Shown here: positions 11,235 through 20,537 of the stretch, piece by piece
Layout of the letters: the number at the start of each line of letters is the position of its first letter
Numbering within the stretch: the first letter of the stretch is position 1
NCBI GenBank assembly: GCA_046292385.1
Contig: JBKBRF010000039.1
Coordinates: 1 to 64,000 of the forward strand
Direction: 5' to 3'
Source: Armatimonadota bacterium
GTDB taxonomy: Bacteria; Armatimonadota; SYMT01
DNA: 64,000 bases
Translations under genes and position numbers: made by a program
The notes under the pieces: generated by a model
What the model saw: the letters and a program-made list of their open reading frames with translations, nothing else
Databases searched by the model: none
Told to the model about the DNA's origin: nothing

Positions 11235-12350
11235 ATGGCATTCGCGGATTCCGTCCGAACCCTCAGTAACCAGATCGCCGAACGACGTGCGCACGTGGCC
11301 ACCGAGGAAGCCACGAAGCAGGCCCTCATCCTCCCGTTCATCGCTCTTCTGGGCTTTGACATCTACAATCCCGCTGAAGTGATCCCGGAGTATCGGGCAG
11401 GTTGGGCAAAGCAGACAGAGAAGATCGATTACGCCCTGCTCATCGCCAAGAAGCTCGCGGTCTTCATCGAGGCCAAGGGCCCCAACGAGGTGCTTGCCAA
11501 CTACGACCCGCAACTCGCCAAGTACTTCAACTCCACCCCCGATGTGAAGTTCGCGATCATCACCAACGGCGTCCAGTTCCGCTTCTTCACCGACCTCCAG
11601 GAGCGGAACATCCTCGACAAGAAGCCGTTCTTCGAGTTCGACTTCGAGGATTTTACCGACGCCGATATCGCCACCCTGGAGCGGTTCCGGAAAGAAGTCT
11701 TCAACGCGGAGGCTCTGGTCGGCTATGCGGAGGATCTGGTTTTCCTGTCGGCGCTGAAGTCTCAGTTCAAGACACTGCTCCGGGATCCGTCCGATGACCT
11801 GATCCGCTTCGCCGTGGGTACTGCGAACCTGGTCGAGGGCCGCATCACGCAGAAGGTGGTCGACCGCTTCCGGCCCCTGGTGAAGGAGTCGATCTCCGGC
11901 GCCATTCTGGAGATCGTGGGGCAGAGCTTTGCGCCGGCCATGACGATGGTGGAGCCGATCGTCGAGCCACCAGCAGTGGCTGAGGAGGATCTGGGACCGC
12001 GGGTAATTACCACCGAAGAGGAAATGGCGGCGTACCAGCTCATCGCGGAGATGCTGGCCGACCAGGTTCCGGATCCGGGGCAGCTCCGCTATCAGGATAC
12101 GCAGCGGTATTTTTCGCTGCTCTACGCAAAGACCACCGGATGGTTCGTGCGCTTCGTGGTGCAGGGCAAGGACAACAAAAAGATGCTCGGCTTCCGCCTG
12201 CCCGTGGAGCGCGTGCGGGAGTTGGCACCCGGTGTAGAGGTCGACGAGCCTCCGACCTGGATCGGCGCCAGCCGGGTCTACTTCCGCGAGGTGGAGGATC
12301 TGCGAGCCCTGGCGCCGGTATTCGCCGCAGCAGTCCGCGAGGTTCTTTAA
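11235..12350 (+). CDS. Stand-alone HsdR N-terminal (type I restriction endonuclease-like) domain protein
   Basis: TEEATKQALILPFI..LGFDIYNP.EV.PEY, KIDYA, FIEAK, QLAKYF, AIITNG, and a C-terminal ITTEEE region. Confidence 0.85.
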   Translation: MAFADSVRTLSNQIAERRAHVATEEATKQALILPFIALLGFDIYNPAEVIPEYRAGWAKQTEKIDYALLIAKKLAVFIEAKGPNEVLANYDPQLAKYFNSTPDVKFAIITNGVQFRFFTDLQERNILDKKPFFEFDFEDFTDADIATLERFRKEVFNAEALVGYAEDLVFLSALKSQFKTLLRDPSDDLIRFAVGTANLVEGRITQKVVDRFRPLVKESISGAILEIVGQSFAPAMTMVEPIVEPPAVAEEDLGPRVITTEEEMAAYQLIAEMLADQVPDPGQLRYQDTQRYFSLLYAKTTGWFVRFVVQGKDNKKMLGFRLPVERVRELAPGVEVDEPPTWIGASRVYFREVEDLRALAPVFAAAVREVL

Positions 12351-12370
12351 CCCGCGTCAGGATCCGGTCT

Positions 12371-12425
12371 CGCCGATCGTTCCAAGCATCCAACCCAAGC
12401 GGATGTGTGCTTGGAACGATCGGCG
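12371..12425. terminator. Hairpin between convergent genes (probable bidirectional terminator)
   Basis: Perfect 18-bp inverted repeat CGCCGATCGTTCCAAGCA / TGCTTGGAACGATCGGCG. Confidence 0.6.
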
Positions 12426-12427
12426 CC

Positions 12428-13093
12428 CTACTTCCAGAGTGGCTCTTCCGGGAAGTGCGGCCAGAGCAGGGCGACGATCGGCGCGGTGACGAGCCCCAGC
12501 AGCAGCCCCAGCCCCAGCGCCACGAGGGGAATGTTCGTCATCAGGGCGCTCGGGACGCGGACCAGCGTGTCGAGCACGCCGAAGAAGGGGCGGACTGCCC
12601 ACGGAATGTCGGCCGGCGCGGCGCGGAGGAAGTGCGCGTAGGAGCCGAGCGGGAGCGCCAGGATGCCGGCGATCAGCCCGTACGTGACGCCGGCCTGGAG
12701 GAGCGGCCCCAGGGTGGCGCGGGGGCCCTGCTGCTGCACGTCGTCCGGCAGCCGCACGTTCCAGACGAAGCGCCACACGAAGCCGCCGATCAGCGCGCAG
12801 AGCAGGATCGTCTCCGGCAGCCCCAGGTTGAAGATCACGTTGTCGAGCGAGGGGGCGGGGGGCGAGGGCTGCTTGTCGATCCGCTGCGGCAGGTAGGCGG
12901 TCAGCCCCAGGGCGCGGATCAGCAGCGAGAGGCCGGCGAGGGTGAGCGTGCCGAGGAGGCCGTTCACGACCAGCACAATGCCGACGTACGGAAACCGCCG
13001 CCGTTTGCGCGTCGGCCGGTTGCGGGCCGCGCCGGGGGCGGCGCCTCCGTCCGGGATGTGGCGGTACTCTCCGAGCCTGGGCTTGCGGGTCAC
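12428..13093 (-). CDS. Hypothetical membrane protein (about 4 TM)
   Basis: Basic N-terminus followed by four hydrophobic segments; coding-like codon usage. Confidence 0.7.
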   Translation of the reverse strand: MTRKPRLGEYRHIPDGGAAPGAARNRPTRKRRRFPYVGIVLVVNGLLGTLTLAGLSLLIRALGLTAYLPQRIDKQPSPPAPSLDNVIFNLGLPETILLCALIGGFVWRFVWNVRLPDDVQQQGPRATLGPLLQAGVTYGLIAGILALPLGSYAHFLRAAPADIPWAVRPFFGVLDTLVRVPSALMTNIPLVALGLGLLLGLVTAPIVALLWPHFPEEPLWK

Positions 13094-13267
13094 GGGGGGT
13101 TGCCTAGGGTGCTCAGTAGAACGGTTCGCCCTTCAGGGGTGGTTGTTCCTGTGTGGTGGGGCTCGCCTGACCGTAGCGGCAATCTCACCGGGGTTTCATC
13201 CCGAGTCCTTGCACCAGGCCGTGGGCCGGAGTGGCAGTTTACGGCGCACCCCCGCTGACGCGGGGGT

Positions 13268-13377
13268 GAGAGCAAGCTCTCGCACTCCACAGGCCGGACC
13301 GGGTGGGATTTCCCTTGCGTCGGAAGGGAGACGGCTTCGGTGAAGTCTGTGGAGTGCGGCAGCTTGCTGCCGCTTTG
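13268..13377. repeat. Inverted pair of REP-like palindromes (TGGAGTGC type)
   Basis: GAGAGCAAGCTCTCGCACTCCACA faces TGTGGAGTGCGGCAGCTTGCTGCCGCTTT. Confidence 0.6.
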
Positions 13378-13563
13378 CGGAGCCGTCCGCCCCAGCAGAG
13401 TGCTTTCGCAGATGCCAGCGGAGCGGTTTCCGACTCGGCGAAGAAAGCGGCGGCGGGTGTCACACGCTGTAAAGTGACGCCGCTGGCGGCGCAGGCGAGC
13501 TGAAGCGCAGCCCGGCGTCCAGGAGAGGCGGAAACCCTCGGCCACCCGCGGATTTCCATCCCA

Positions 13564-14165
13564 GTCACCCTGAAAGAAGTGAACGGTCTACGTCGCCCCA
13601 TTCGCGCCGGAGCGGGAGCCTCGCGCGCAGAAGGGCACCGGCGGCAGAGTCCGCCTCACCCGTCTGCGTGCCCCGGGCCAGCACGGCTGCCGAGATTCTT
13701 CACTGCGTTCTCAAGAAACTCCCGCCGCGAGCCGGCCCCATCGGAGCGGCGTCAACCCAGCGTGAGCACAGCTCCGCCCCCGGTGGTCATCCTGAACGCA
13801 GGGGAGGATCTACGTCACTCAACTCTTGGGGGGCACAATGAGCCCCCACGTTCGGGAGCGCCCCGTCGGGCCGCGTCCTCGTCACGCGGATGCGTGCTCC
13901 GGACCAACACGGCTGCCGAGATTCTTCACTGCGTTCAGAATGACAAATTCGGTGAAAGGCACCTTGATTGGAGTGGAGGACCGTGCTCGGTGGGGCGACC
14001 CTCCCGTTTCTTCAGGGGTGGCCGGCCTGCGCCGTGCCTGCGGCTCAGAATGACAAATCTGGTGAAAGGTACCTTGTTCGGAGTGGAGGACGGTGATCGA
14101 TGGGCGACCCTCCCGTTTCTTCGGGCGGTGGACGGCCGTGGGCCGTGCCTGCGGCTCAGGATGAC
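13564..14165 (+). repeat. Composite palindromic repeat, copy A (GTCATCCTGA...AGATTCTTCACTGCGTTCAGAATGAC), with a tandem ~110-bp tail unit x2
   Basis: Homologous to 20729-21108 and, inverted, to 42184-42454. Shared TCCGGACCAACACGGCTGCCGAGATTCTTCACTGCGTTCAGAATGAC. Confidence 0.9.
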
Positions 14166-14434
14166 CGGGGTGCAGAACGGTAGGGCCGCCCATCCTCACC
14201 GGCAAAGACTACGCAGCTTCCCGGGTGCCGTACGATCCGGAGCAAGACTGCTTCCACGCGCCGACGCAGGCGGTGTGGCACGCCGCGTGGACTGCGGGCC
14301 TGGTGGCGCTGTGCTGCTTCCTGGGGCAGCCCGTGCCGCCGGAGCTGGCGAGCCAGTGGCACTGGTTTTCGGAGGGGCACTGGCCCTGCGGGTGGGTGGG
14401 GGACTTCCCGCAGGGCACTCTGCTGGTCTACTGA
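14165..14434 (+). pseudogene. 3' remnant of a gene ending GHWPCGWVGDFPQGTLLVY (immunity-protein-like C-terminus)
   Basis: Coding-like frame that is blocked by a TGA inside the repeat end at 14162-14164. No convincing start or RBS. Confidence 0.45.
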
Positions 14435-14451
14435 GGCCCGCAGAAGGCGGC

Positions 14452-15474
14452 CTACGGTACCGGCTGCTCCGTGTTGCTGGGGGAGCCGTCGTTGATGCGC
14501 GGCCAGCCGTTCTCCCAGTGGATGCGGTCGATCAGCAGCATCCGCGGGTTGCGTCCGCCGACCCGACCGCGCTGCCAGGCGTGGTAGACGAAGTAGTCGT
14601 GCCCGTTCGGGCCTTTCACCACGCTGCCGTGGCCCGGGCCGAGCCAGTTCTCATCTCGGCGCAGCACCGTCTCGCGCCGCTTGACGAACGGACCGAGCGG
14701 GGAGGTGGAGCGCGCCACGCCGACCGCGTAGCTCTCGTTCCAGAAGGCGTTACCGCTGTAGAAGAGGTAATAGTAGCGGCCCCGGCGCACCACCCAGGGT
14801 CCTTCCACCAGGTCGCCTTCCCACTCCAGGTCGTTCGTCAGCACCTCGCGCTTCGGACCGACCAGCGAGAGGCCGTCCGGCGCCAGCTCCTGCACGAAGA
14901 CGGGGGTCCGCTCCTTCGGGCGCAGGTCGTTCCCGTCTAGCTTCCAGTAGAGATAGCGTCGGCCGTCGCGGTCCTGGAAGAAGTGGGAGTCGATCATCCC
15001 CACGCGCTCGTCTCGCACCAGCGGGGCGCCGCGGTCGGTCCACGGTCCCACGGGCATGGGAGCGCTGGCGGCGCCGACGCAGAGGCGGCCGGTCTGGTCG
15101 CGCGCGGTGTAGTAGGCCACGTAGCCGCGGCCCACGCGGTGGACCTCCGGCGCCCAGTAGTCGCTTCGGGTCCAGGTCGGCCGCTGCCCCTTCGGGAAGA
15201 TGAAGCCCTTCGGAGTCCAGTTCAGCAGGTCGCGCGAGTGGAGGATCGGGAAGGCGTCCGCCCGATTGCCGGAGGTGTGGTACAGGTAGTAGCCGTCCCG
15301 CGTCCGCATTACTGCCGGGTCCGGGCAGTTGTCGTCGGAGACCGGGTTCTGGTAGACCGCTCCCGGGGCGGAGATGGCCTGGGGAGCTAGCAGGGCCGCC
15401 AGGGTGGCGGCGCGCACTACGGGCCGGGTGGTGGTCGCTCGCTGGCGCCGGGATCGTTCGTTCGCTCTCGACAC
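14452..15474 (-). CDS. Secreted glycoside hydrolase family 43
   Basis: YQNPV..CPDP, YWAPEV, MIDSHFFQD, LVEGP, GPGHGS motifs. Start uncertain (GTG 15474 or 15417). Confidence 0.9.
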   Translation of the reverse strand: MSRANERSRRQRATTTRPVVRAATLAALLAPQAISAPGAVYQNPVSDDNCPDPAVMRTRDGYYLYHTSGNRADAFPILHSRDLLNWTPKGFIFPKGQRPTWTRSDYWAPEVHRVGRGYVAYYTARDQTGRLCVGAASAPMPVGPWTDRGAPLVRDERVGMIDSHFFQDRDGRRYLYWKLDGNDLRPKERTPVFVQELAPDGLSLVGPKREVLTNDLEWEGDLVEGPWVVRRGRYYYLFYSGNAFWNESYAVGVARSTSPLGPFVKRRETVLRRDENWLGPGHGSVVKGPNGHDYFVYHAWQRGRVGGRNPRMLLIDRIHWENGWPRINDGSPSNTEQPVP

Positions 15475-15710
15475 TACAGGGTTCCGCTTCCTAACTCGTG
15501 GTTCTGCGGTCGGCGGACCGCTTGCTTTAGATAGATGGTCGGCTGGCGGCGGACTGCCGTTCACCCCGGGGAGTTAGTTGCATCTTAGCGGAAAAGCGTG
15601 CGCTCGACGGCGGGCAAGGTCCCCGGAGCCCGGCTGCAAGGAGATCGGGCGGCCGATTCACAAACGTCATGCCGTGCGCCGCTCCCGTCCCCGCGGCACC
15701 CGGAACCGCC

Positions 15711-16277
15711 ATGATCACTTGCACCCTCCGCCTCTCTGCCGTGCTCCTCGCCGCCGCTCTGCTGGCGGTCGCGAGCGCTGCCGCTCCGGCGAAGAAGCCG
15801 CAGCCGAAGAAGCCCGCGGCGAAGCCGGCAACCCCAAAACCGGCGCCGGCCGTCAAACCCGCGCCGAAGCCGGTGGAGGCGATCACGCCGGCATCTCTCG
15901 GCGCGACGCTGAAGTCGCTCGGCTTCGAGCCGGTAGCGCAGGCGCCGTACCAGCGTCTGCAGGTGGAGGAGGACGGCTACACCTACGCCATTGACCTCGG
16001 CTTCAGCAAGAGCGGGGAGTGGCTGGTCTGCATGGCCCACCTCGCCTCGATCCCGGACCTCACCGCCCTGCGCGCGGCGCCGCTGCTGAACCTGCTCGCG
16101 ACGAACGACCGCCTCCTCGGGATGTCGTTCAGCTACGAGCGCACCAACGGGCGAATCATGTTGAATGCTGCCCTCCTCGCGCGGGGTCTCGACCCGGAAC
16201 GCCTGAAGCGGACGATTGAGGAGCTGCGGCAGACGGTCCGCGACACCGACGGGCTCTGGAACCCGGAGGCGTGGTAA
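15711..16277 (+). CDS. Secreted hypothetical protein with a YbjN/T3S-chaperone-like fold
   Basis: Signal peptide, K/P/A-rich linker, LLNLLATN and C-terminal LWNPEAW. Confidence 0.6.
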   Translation: MITCTLRLSAVLLAAALLAVASAAAPAKKPQPKKPAAKPATPKPAPAVKPAPKPVEAITPASLGATLKSLGFEPVAQAPYQRLQVEEDGYTYAIDLGFSKSGEWLVCMAHLASIPDLTALRAAPLLNLLATNDRLLGMSFSYERTNGRIMLNAALLARGLDPERLKRTIEELRQTVRDTDGLWNPEAW

Positions 16278-16287
16278 CGGCCTTCGA

Positions 16288-16355
16288 GGGATGAAGGATG
16301 AGGGATGAATCCAGACCACCGGTGAGCGGGAGGTCCTGTTCTTGCTCCTGCTCGG
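16288..16355 (+). repeat. GGGATGA heptamer array plus a conserved flank shared with 44091-44185
   Basis: GGGATGAATCCAGACCA..GTGAGCGGGAGGTC..CTTGCTCCTGCTC is present at both loci. Confidence 0.8.
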
Positions 16356-16436
16356 CACCTGGGGCGGAGAGTCGCGCTCGTTGGTTTGGGCGATTCCGCT
16401 TGGGGAGGACCCCCGCTTCCGGAAGCACCGTGGCCG

Positions 16437-16907
16437 CTACCACTCCAGGCGGAGCTCGCCGTCGAGGGCCTGGGCGGAGCGCAGGGGCGGGAGCTCCACG
16501 CCGAGGGGGCCGAGGAGCTCTCGAAGCTCGATCTCCGGGTTGCCTCCCGGGCCGAGGCGCAGGCCGGGGCGGGTGGGGAGCGCCTGGCGAATGGCGGCGT
16601 GGACGAACGGCAGCGGGACCGGCAGGATGCCGGCGGCCCGGACCCCGGTGACCTCGATCAGGAGCGCCCCGGAGGGGGAGATGACCGGTCGTGCCTCCAC
16701 CGTCCCGAGAGAGTGCCGGAACGAGGCGACGCCGGGTCGAAGGCGCTGGAGCTCCAGCGGCGTGCCGGGCGGGAGGAGCGCCTGCACGGCCGTCTCGGAG
16801 AGGCGCAGCGCGGCCCGCTCTACCCGCAGGCGCAGCGTGCGCTCCGCCGCCGCGGCGGGGTCGACCTCGCCCTGAAAGCTCTCCAGCATCAGCGCTCGCG
16901 CGCTCAT
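16437..16907 (-). CDS. Hypothetical protein
   Basis: ATG 16907 overlaps the upstream stop (ATGA); translation starts MSARALMLESF. Confidence 0.65.
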   Translation of the reverse strand: MSARALMLESFQGEVDPAAAAERTLRLRVERAALRLSETAVQALLPPGTPLELQRLRPGVASFRHSLGTVEARPVISPSGALLIEVTGVRAAGILPVPLPFVHAAIRQALPTRPGLRLGPGGNPEIELRELLGPLGVELPPLRSAQALDGELRLEW

Positions 16908-17218
16908 GCGCCGCCGCCGACCAGCCGGATCCCCTCCGGCGTCAACTCGATGCGGACGGCTCCGAGCTGGAGATCGAGGCTCATCCGCTTCCCGTCTTTG
17001 CTGCCCGTCACCTGGAGCCGCCCGTCGCCCACCTCCGCGGACGGGGCGGGCTCCCCTGCCGGCGCGAAGCCGGCCAGCAGCGTGTTGAGCGCCTCCGGCG
17101 AGATGGAGAGGTCCAGCCGCGTCACGCGGAGGTCCGCGCCCTCGCGCCGGGTCAGGGCCTCCACCCCCTCCGAGCTGATCTCGATCGCCGCGTCGTTGAT
17201 CCGGATTCCGTCCGCCAC
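16904..17218 (-). CDS. Hypothetical protein
   Basis: GTG 17218 with a GGAG RBS; VADGIRINDAAIEIS. Translationally coupled to the next gene. Confidence 0.65.
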   Translation of the reverse strand: MADGIRINDAAIEISSEGVEALTRREGADLRVTRLDLSISPEALNTLLAGFAPAGEPAPSAEVGDGRLQVTGSKDGKRMSLDLQLGAVRIELTPEGIRLVGGGA

Positions 17219-17275
17219 TGGCTGCTTCTCCCGGGCTAGAGCGCCCCTGAGGCAAGCATACCATGCGGCTGTTCG

Positions 17276-17325
17276 GGGACAGAGGGACAGAGGGACAGAG
17301 GGACAGAGGGACAGAGGGACAGAGG
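17276..17325 (+). repeat. Octamer tandem repeat (GGGACAGA)x6
   Basis: Directly visible perfect array; a degenerate version lies at 51536-51575. Confidence 0.95.
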
Positions 17326-17480
17326 GGGCCGGGCGGTTGAAACCGCGGCAACCACGGCAGGAAGATCTATCCCCCGGATGGGGGACCGCCTGCGGGGAGT
17401 GCGTAGGCCCGGTTTGGGCGTCCGGAGGAGGCTTGGCCGCAGGCCGTAAAGCGAGGTATTTCAATGCCTCGCGGCCCGGC
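17326..17480. repeat. REP-like element (GGCCGGGCGGTTGAAACCGC...)
   Basis: Its left end matches the reverse complement of 50202-50234 (TGCCGTTGTTGCTGCGGTTTCAACCGCCCGGCC). Confidence 0.65.
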
Positions 17481-17557
17481 GGACGCCTGGCCGAGCTCGG
17501 CTTTCTTGCAAGCCTTCAACATTCCCACGCGGCCGCCCTCAGGGCCCGGCGTAGACG

Positions 17558-17592
17558 AAAAGAGACGGGGCGCTCGTAAACGCTCCCGTCTC
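17558..17592 (-). terminator. Terminator of the sir-cysH operon
   Basis: GAGACGGG stem followed by a T tract on the minus strand. Confidence 0.65.
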
Positions 17593-17615
17593 TCCGCACT
17601 CGTTCTCGTCTTGCG

Positions 17616-18446
17616 TTAGCTGGTCTGGAGGTGGACCAGGTGGTTGCCCGAGCGGTCTCCATCCTTGCCGAGGATCGCGTCGACTTCGTGCTCGAAGCCG
17701 CCGGTCTCGATGGAGCAGTGCATCCCGCACTCCTTCGGCGCGTTCTCTTCCCACCACCAGCGTCCGCTGCGGGGGTGCGCGCCTTCCGGCACCGGGCGGG
17801 TGCACGGGGCGCAGCTAATGCTGCTGTAGCCCTTGGAGTAGAGCGGGTGGGTGGGGACGTCGTACTCCTTGATGTAGTTCCAGACGTCCTCTTCGGTCCA
17901 GTCCGCCAGCGGGCTCAGCTTCACCACGCCGCCGTGGTCGTGATCGATCTCGATCTTCTTGATGTTGGCGCGCGTCGCCCACTGGTCGCGGCGGAGGCCG
18001 GTGGCCCAGCAGTCGACCGTCTTCAGCGCCCGGTTCAGCGGCAGGATCTTGCGCACGTGGCAGCAGAGGAGCCGCTTCTCGATCGCCTGGTAGAAGAGGT
18101 TGACGCCGTGCTTCTTCACCATGTTCTCCACGCCGGCGGCGTCCGGGAAGAGCACCTCGATCTGCATGCCGTACCGCTTGCGGAACGCCTCGATGATCTC
18201 GAACTGCTCTTGCGGCAGGCGGCCGGTGTCGATGGTGATCACCCGCACCTTCGGGTTGAGCTGGTGCGCCATGTCGATCAGCACCGCCCCGTCCGCCTGG
18301 AAGCTGGTGATGATGGCGAACCGGTCCTCGCCGAAGCGGTTCATCGCCCACTCCAGCACCTCTTCCGGCTCTCGGGCTTCGTACTCGACCGCCAGCTCGC
18401 CGGCTTCCAGGTCGTCCAGTAGTTCGCGCTCGTTCTCCGCGATCAT
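17616..18446 (-). CDS. cysH: APS/PAPS reductase, [4Fe-4S] APS type
   Basis: IDTGRLP, CC..RK, TGLRRDQ, GYSSISCAPCT, KECGMH. The CC and CxxC pair indicates the Fe-S APS reductase subtype. Confidence 0.93.
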   Translation of the reverse strand: MIAENERELLDDLEAGELAVEYEAREPEEVLEWAMNRFGEDRFAIITSFQADGAVLIDMAHQLNPKVRVITIDTGRLPQEQFEIIEAFRKRYGMQIEVLFPDAAGVENMVKKHGVNLFYQAIEKRLLCCHVRKILPLNRALKTVDCWATGLRRDQWATRANIKKIEIDHDHGGVVKLSPLADWTEEDVWNYIKEYDVPTHPLYSKGYSSISCAPCTRPVPEGAHPRSGRWWWEENAPKECGMHCSIETGGFEHEVDAILGKDGDRSGNHLVHLQTS

Positions 18447-18525
18447 CGGTCTAGTCTCCGTGATACCGCGACGGATCCGGAACGGGGCAGTCACTCCGCT
18501 TCCGTGGTCGGATCACGCCGGCAGG

Positions 18526-20202
18526 TCAAGCTTGTGCGGCGGCCGGCTCTCCGGCGGCGATCGAAAGGATCTCTTCGTCCGGCAGGCGGCGCAGGAACTC
18601 CGGCAGCCCTTCCGCTTCCTCGCGGCGGTCCACCCACGCCCCGATCAGCCGCTCCACGTAGCCGTTCACCAGCGCGCTCGGCACGCGGCGGAGCAGGGGA
18701 CGTCCGATCTCCGCCCCGGGGCCGAGCTTGCCGCGGACGATGATGTCGTACGAGGTGATCTTCCCGGTCTCGGAGTTGCGCGTGGTCCCCTGGAACCCCA
18801 GGTCGCCCACCCAGTGCTGGCCGCACGCGTGGGGGCAGCCGTCCAGGTAGATCCGCAGGTCGGAGATCTGGTCGCCGAAGCGGTTCTCCAGGTGGGTCAC
18901 GATCTCCACCAGCTTCGGCTTGGTGGGACCCACCGCGAAATTGCACTGCGGGTCGCCGGTGCAGCCGATGCTGGTGCCGCGGACCGGGTTCACGTCGCTC
19001 GGGAAGCCGAGCGCGGCCACCTGGCGGATCACCGAGTCGACTTCCGCCTCCGGCACGTGGGTCAGGATGAAGTTCTGCTCCCGGGTGATGCGGAAGTCGG
19101 CGGCGCCGGAGGAGATCCCCTCCAGCAGGTCCGCCACCTGACACATCTGCTCGCCGGTCATCAGCCCCGGGAAGACCGGGAAGCCGACGTAGCGGAGGTC
19201 GGTGCGGCCGTCCGCGCCCGGCTTCTGCACCCGCACGCCCATGTGGCTGTTGCGCTGCGCCGGCTGCGGGTTCTCCTCCAGGTCCTCCAGCTTGCGGCCG
19301 AGGTGCGCCTCCAGCCGCTCCCGGATCACCTCGGGGCCGTCATCGTCGACCATGAACTTGAAGCGCGCCTTCGCCCGCGACATCCGGTAGCGGAGGTCCG
19401 CCCGCCAGACGTCGGTCAGCCCCCGCGCCACCTCCAGGCCTTCTTCCTTCGGCACGAAGACGCCGAGGTTCTTCCCGATGCGCGGCACGCTGGAGAGCCC
19501 GCCGCCGATCCAGAACGCGTAGCCCTCGCGGCCGCCCTGGAGGGTGCCGACCAGCGCGATGTCGTGGATCTCCGGCGCGTTGCAGTGCGAGGGGCAGCAG
19601 GAGACGGTGTACTTGTGCTTCCGCGGCAGGTTGCCGTACTCCCGGTTGCCGTAGAAGAACGCCGCGATCTCCCGGACCGTGGGGGTGGGGTCGAACCGCT
19701 CGTCCGGATCGATCCCCGCCACCGGGCAGCCGGTCACGTTCCGCAGGTTATCGCCGCAGCCGCCGGCGGTGGTGAGGCCCGCTTCCGCCAACTCCGCGAA
19801 GATGCTGGGAATGGCGGAGAGCCGGATGAAGTGGATCTGCACGCACTGGCGCGTGGTCAGCTCGCCGGAGTTCTGGCCGTACTTCTGGCTGATGTTGCCG
19901 ATGGTGCGGAGCTGCGCGGGGGTGAGGATCCCGTTCGGGATCTTCACGCGCATCATGAAGTAGCCGACCTTCGGCTTGTCGTGGTAGAGGCCGTACCACT
20001 GGAGCCGGAGGATATCTTCCTCCGGGATGTCCTCGTACGCCATCTCGATGAAGCGGGGGACATCGTTCAGCACGTCGTACGGGTGCTTGTCCGCCTTGAT
20101 CCGCTCCACGGAGTTGCGCCGCAGCACCTCTTCCTGGGTGAGCGGTCGCTCCCGCTTGCGGGCGGCGATGCGGTCCGCCATCGAACTGCCTTCGGTGCTC
20201 AT
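18526..20202 (-). CDS. sir: Ferredoxin-dependent sulfite/nitrite reductase (siroheme)
   Basis: LQWYGLY, FMMRVKIPNG, TTRQ, RNVTGCP, LPRKHK, CTG..C, GCPHACGQH. Adjacent to cysH, so sulfite is favoured. Confidence 0.88.
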   Translation of the reverse strand: MSTEGSSMADRIAARKRERPLTQEEVLRRNSVERIKADKHPYDVLNDVPRFIEMAYEDIPEEDILRLQWYGLYHDKPKVGYFMMRVKIPNGILTPAQLRTIGNISQKYGQNSGELTTRQCVQIHFIRLSAIPSIFAELAEAGLTTAGGCGDNLRNVTGCPVAGIDPDERFDPTPTVREIAAFFYGNREYGNLPRKHKYTVSCCPSHCNAPEIHDIALVGTLQGGREGYAFWIGGGLSSVPRIGKNLGVFVPKEEGLEVARGLTDVWRADLRYRMSRAKARFKFMVDDDGPEVIRERLEAHLGRKLEDLEENPQPAQRNSHMGVRVQKPGADGRTDLRYVGFPVFPGLMTGEQMCQVADLLEGISSGAADFRITREQNFILTHVPEAEVDSVIRQVAALGFPSDVNPVRGTSIGCTGDPQCNFAVGPTKPKLVEIVTHLENRFGDQISDLRIYLDGCPHACGQHWVGDLGFQGTTRNSETGKITSYDIIVRGKLGPGAEIGRPLLRRVPSALVNGYVERLIGAWVDRREEAEGLPEFLRRLPDEEILSIAAGEPAAAQA

Positions 20203-20247
20203 CTACTTCCTGGCTCTACGCGTCTGCCGGCTGGCTGGCAGCCCGGC

Positions 20248-20272
20248 ATACTTGACTAAATCAGTCGGCTTT
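20248..20272. promoter_or_regulatory. Rrf2-family (IscR type-1-like) operator
   Basis: ATACTTGACTAAATCAGTCGGCTTT matches the recalled consensus ATASYYGACTRwwwYAGTCRRSTAT at 24 of 25 positions. Confidence 0.7.
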
Positions 20273-20289
20273 TGTAGCTTTCCCGGGAT

Positions 20290-20318
20290 AGATTATCTCC
20301 GCGCCGCCCGCCTGTCAA
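20290..20318 (-). promoter_or_regulatory. Sigma70 promoter of sir-cysH
   Basis: Minus strand TTGACA (20318-20313), N17, TAATCT (20295-20290). Confidence 0.75.
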
Positions 20319-20537
20319 GCGTAAGCCGCAACCCACGCGCTGGTGTATCTCCAATCCGAAACGGTGTTCGAGGAAGGTAAAGATCGCGCGGAGGAGTGGG
20401 AGTGCCTGTACGGTGGTTCGGAATTCATCCCTCATCCCTAGCCTTCATCCCTCCCGCTTCATCCCTCTGACTGCCTTCCAATCCGAAGAACCGGCTGGTA
20501 GAATGGTCGTGATCGCGACCTTCCGGTCGCGCCGCCC

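Noticed and set aside
13564..14165. Possible CRISPR array
   Set aside because: Units are long, degenerate and modular, with no unique spacers of constant length and no cas genes.
13579..14940. 453-aa ORF, and ORFs with the repeated peptide VLRTNTAAEILHCVQND (20929, 42254)
   Set aside because: They are translations of the palindromic repeat and the antisense of GH43, not genes.
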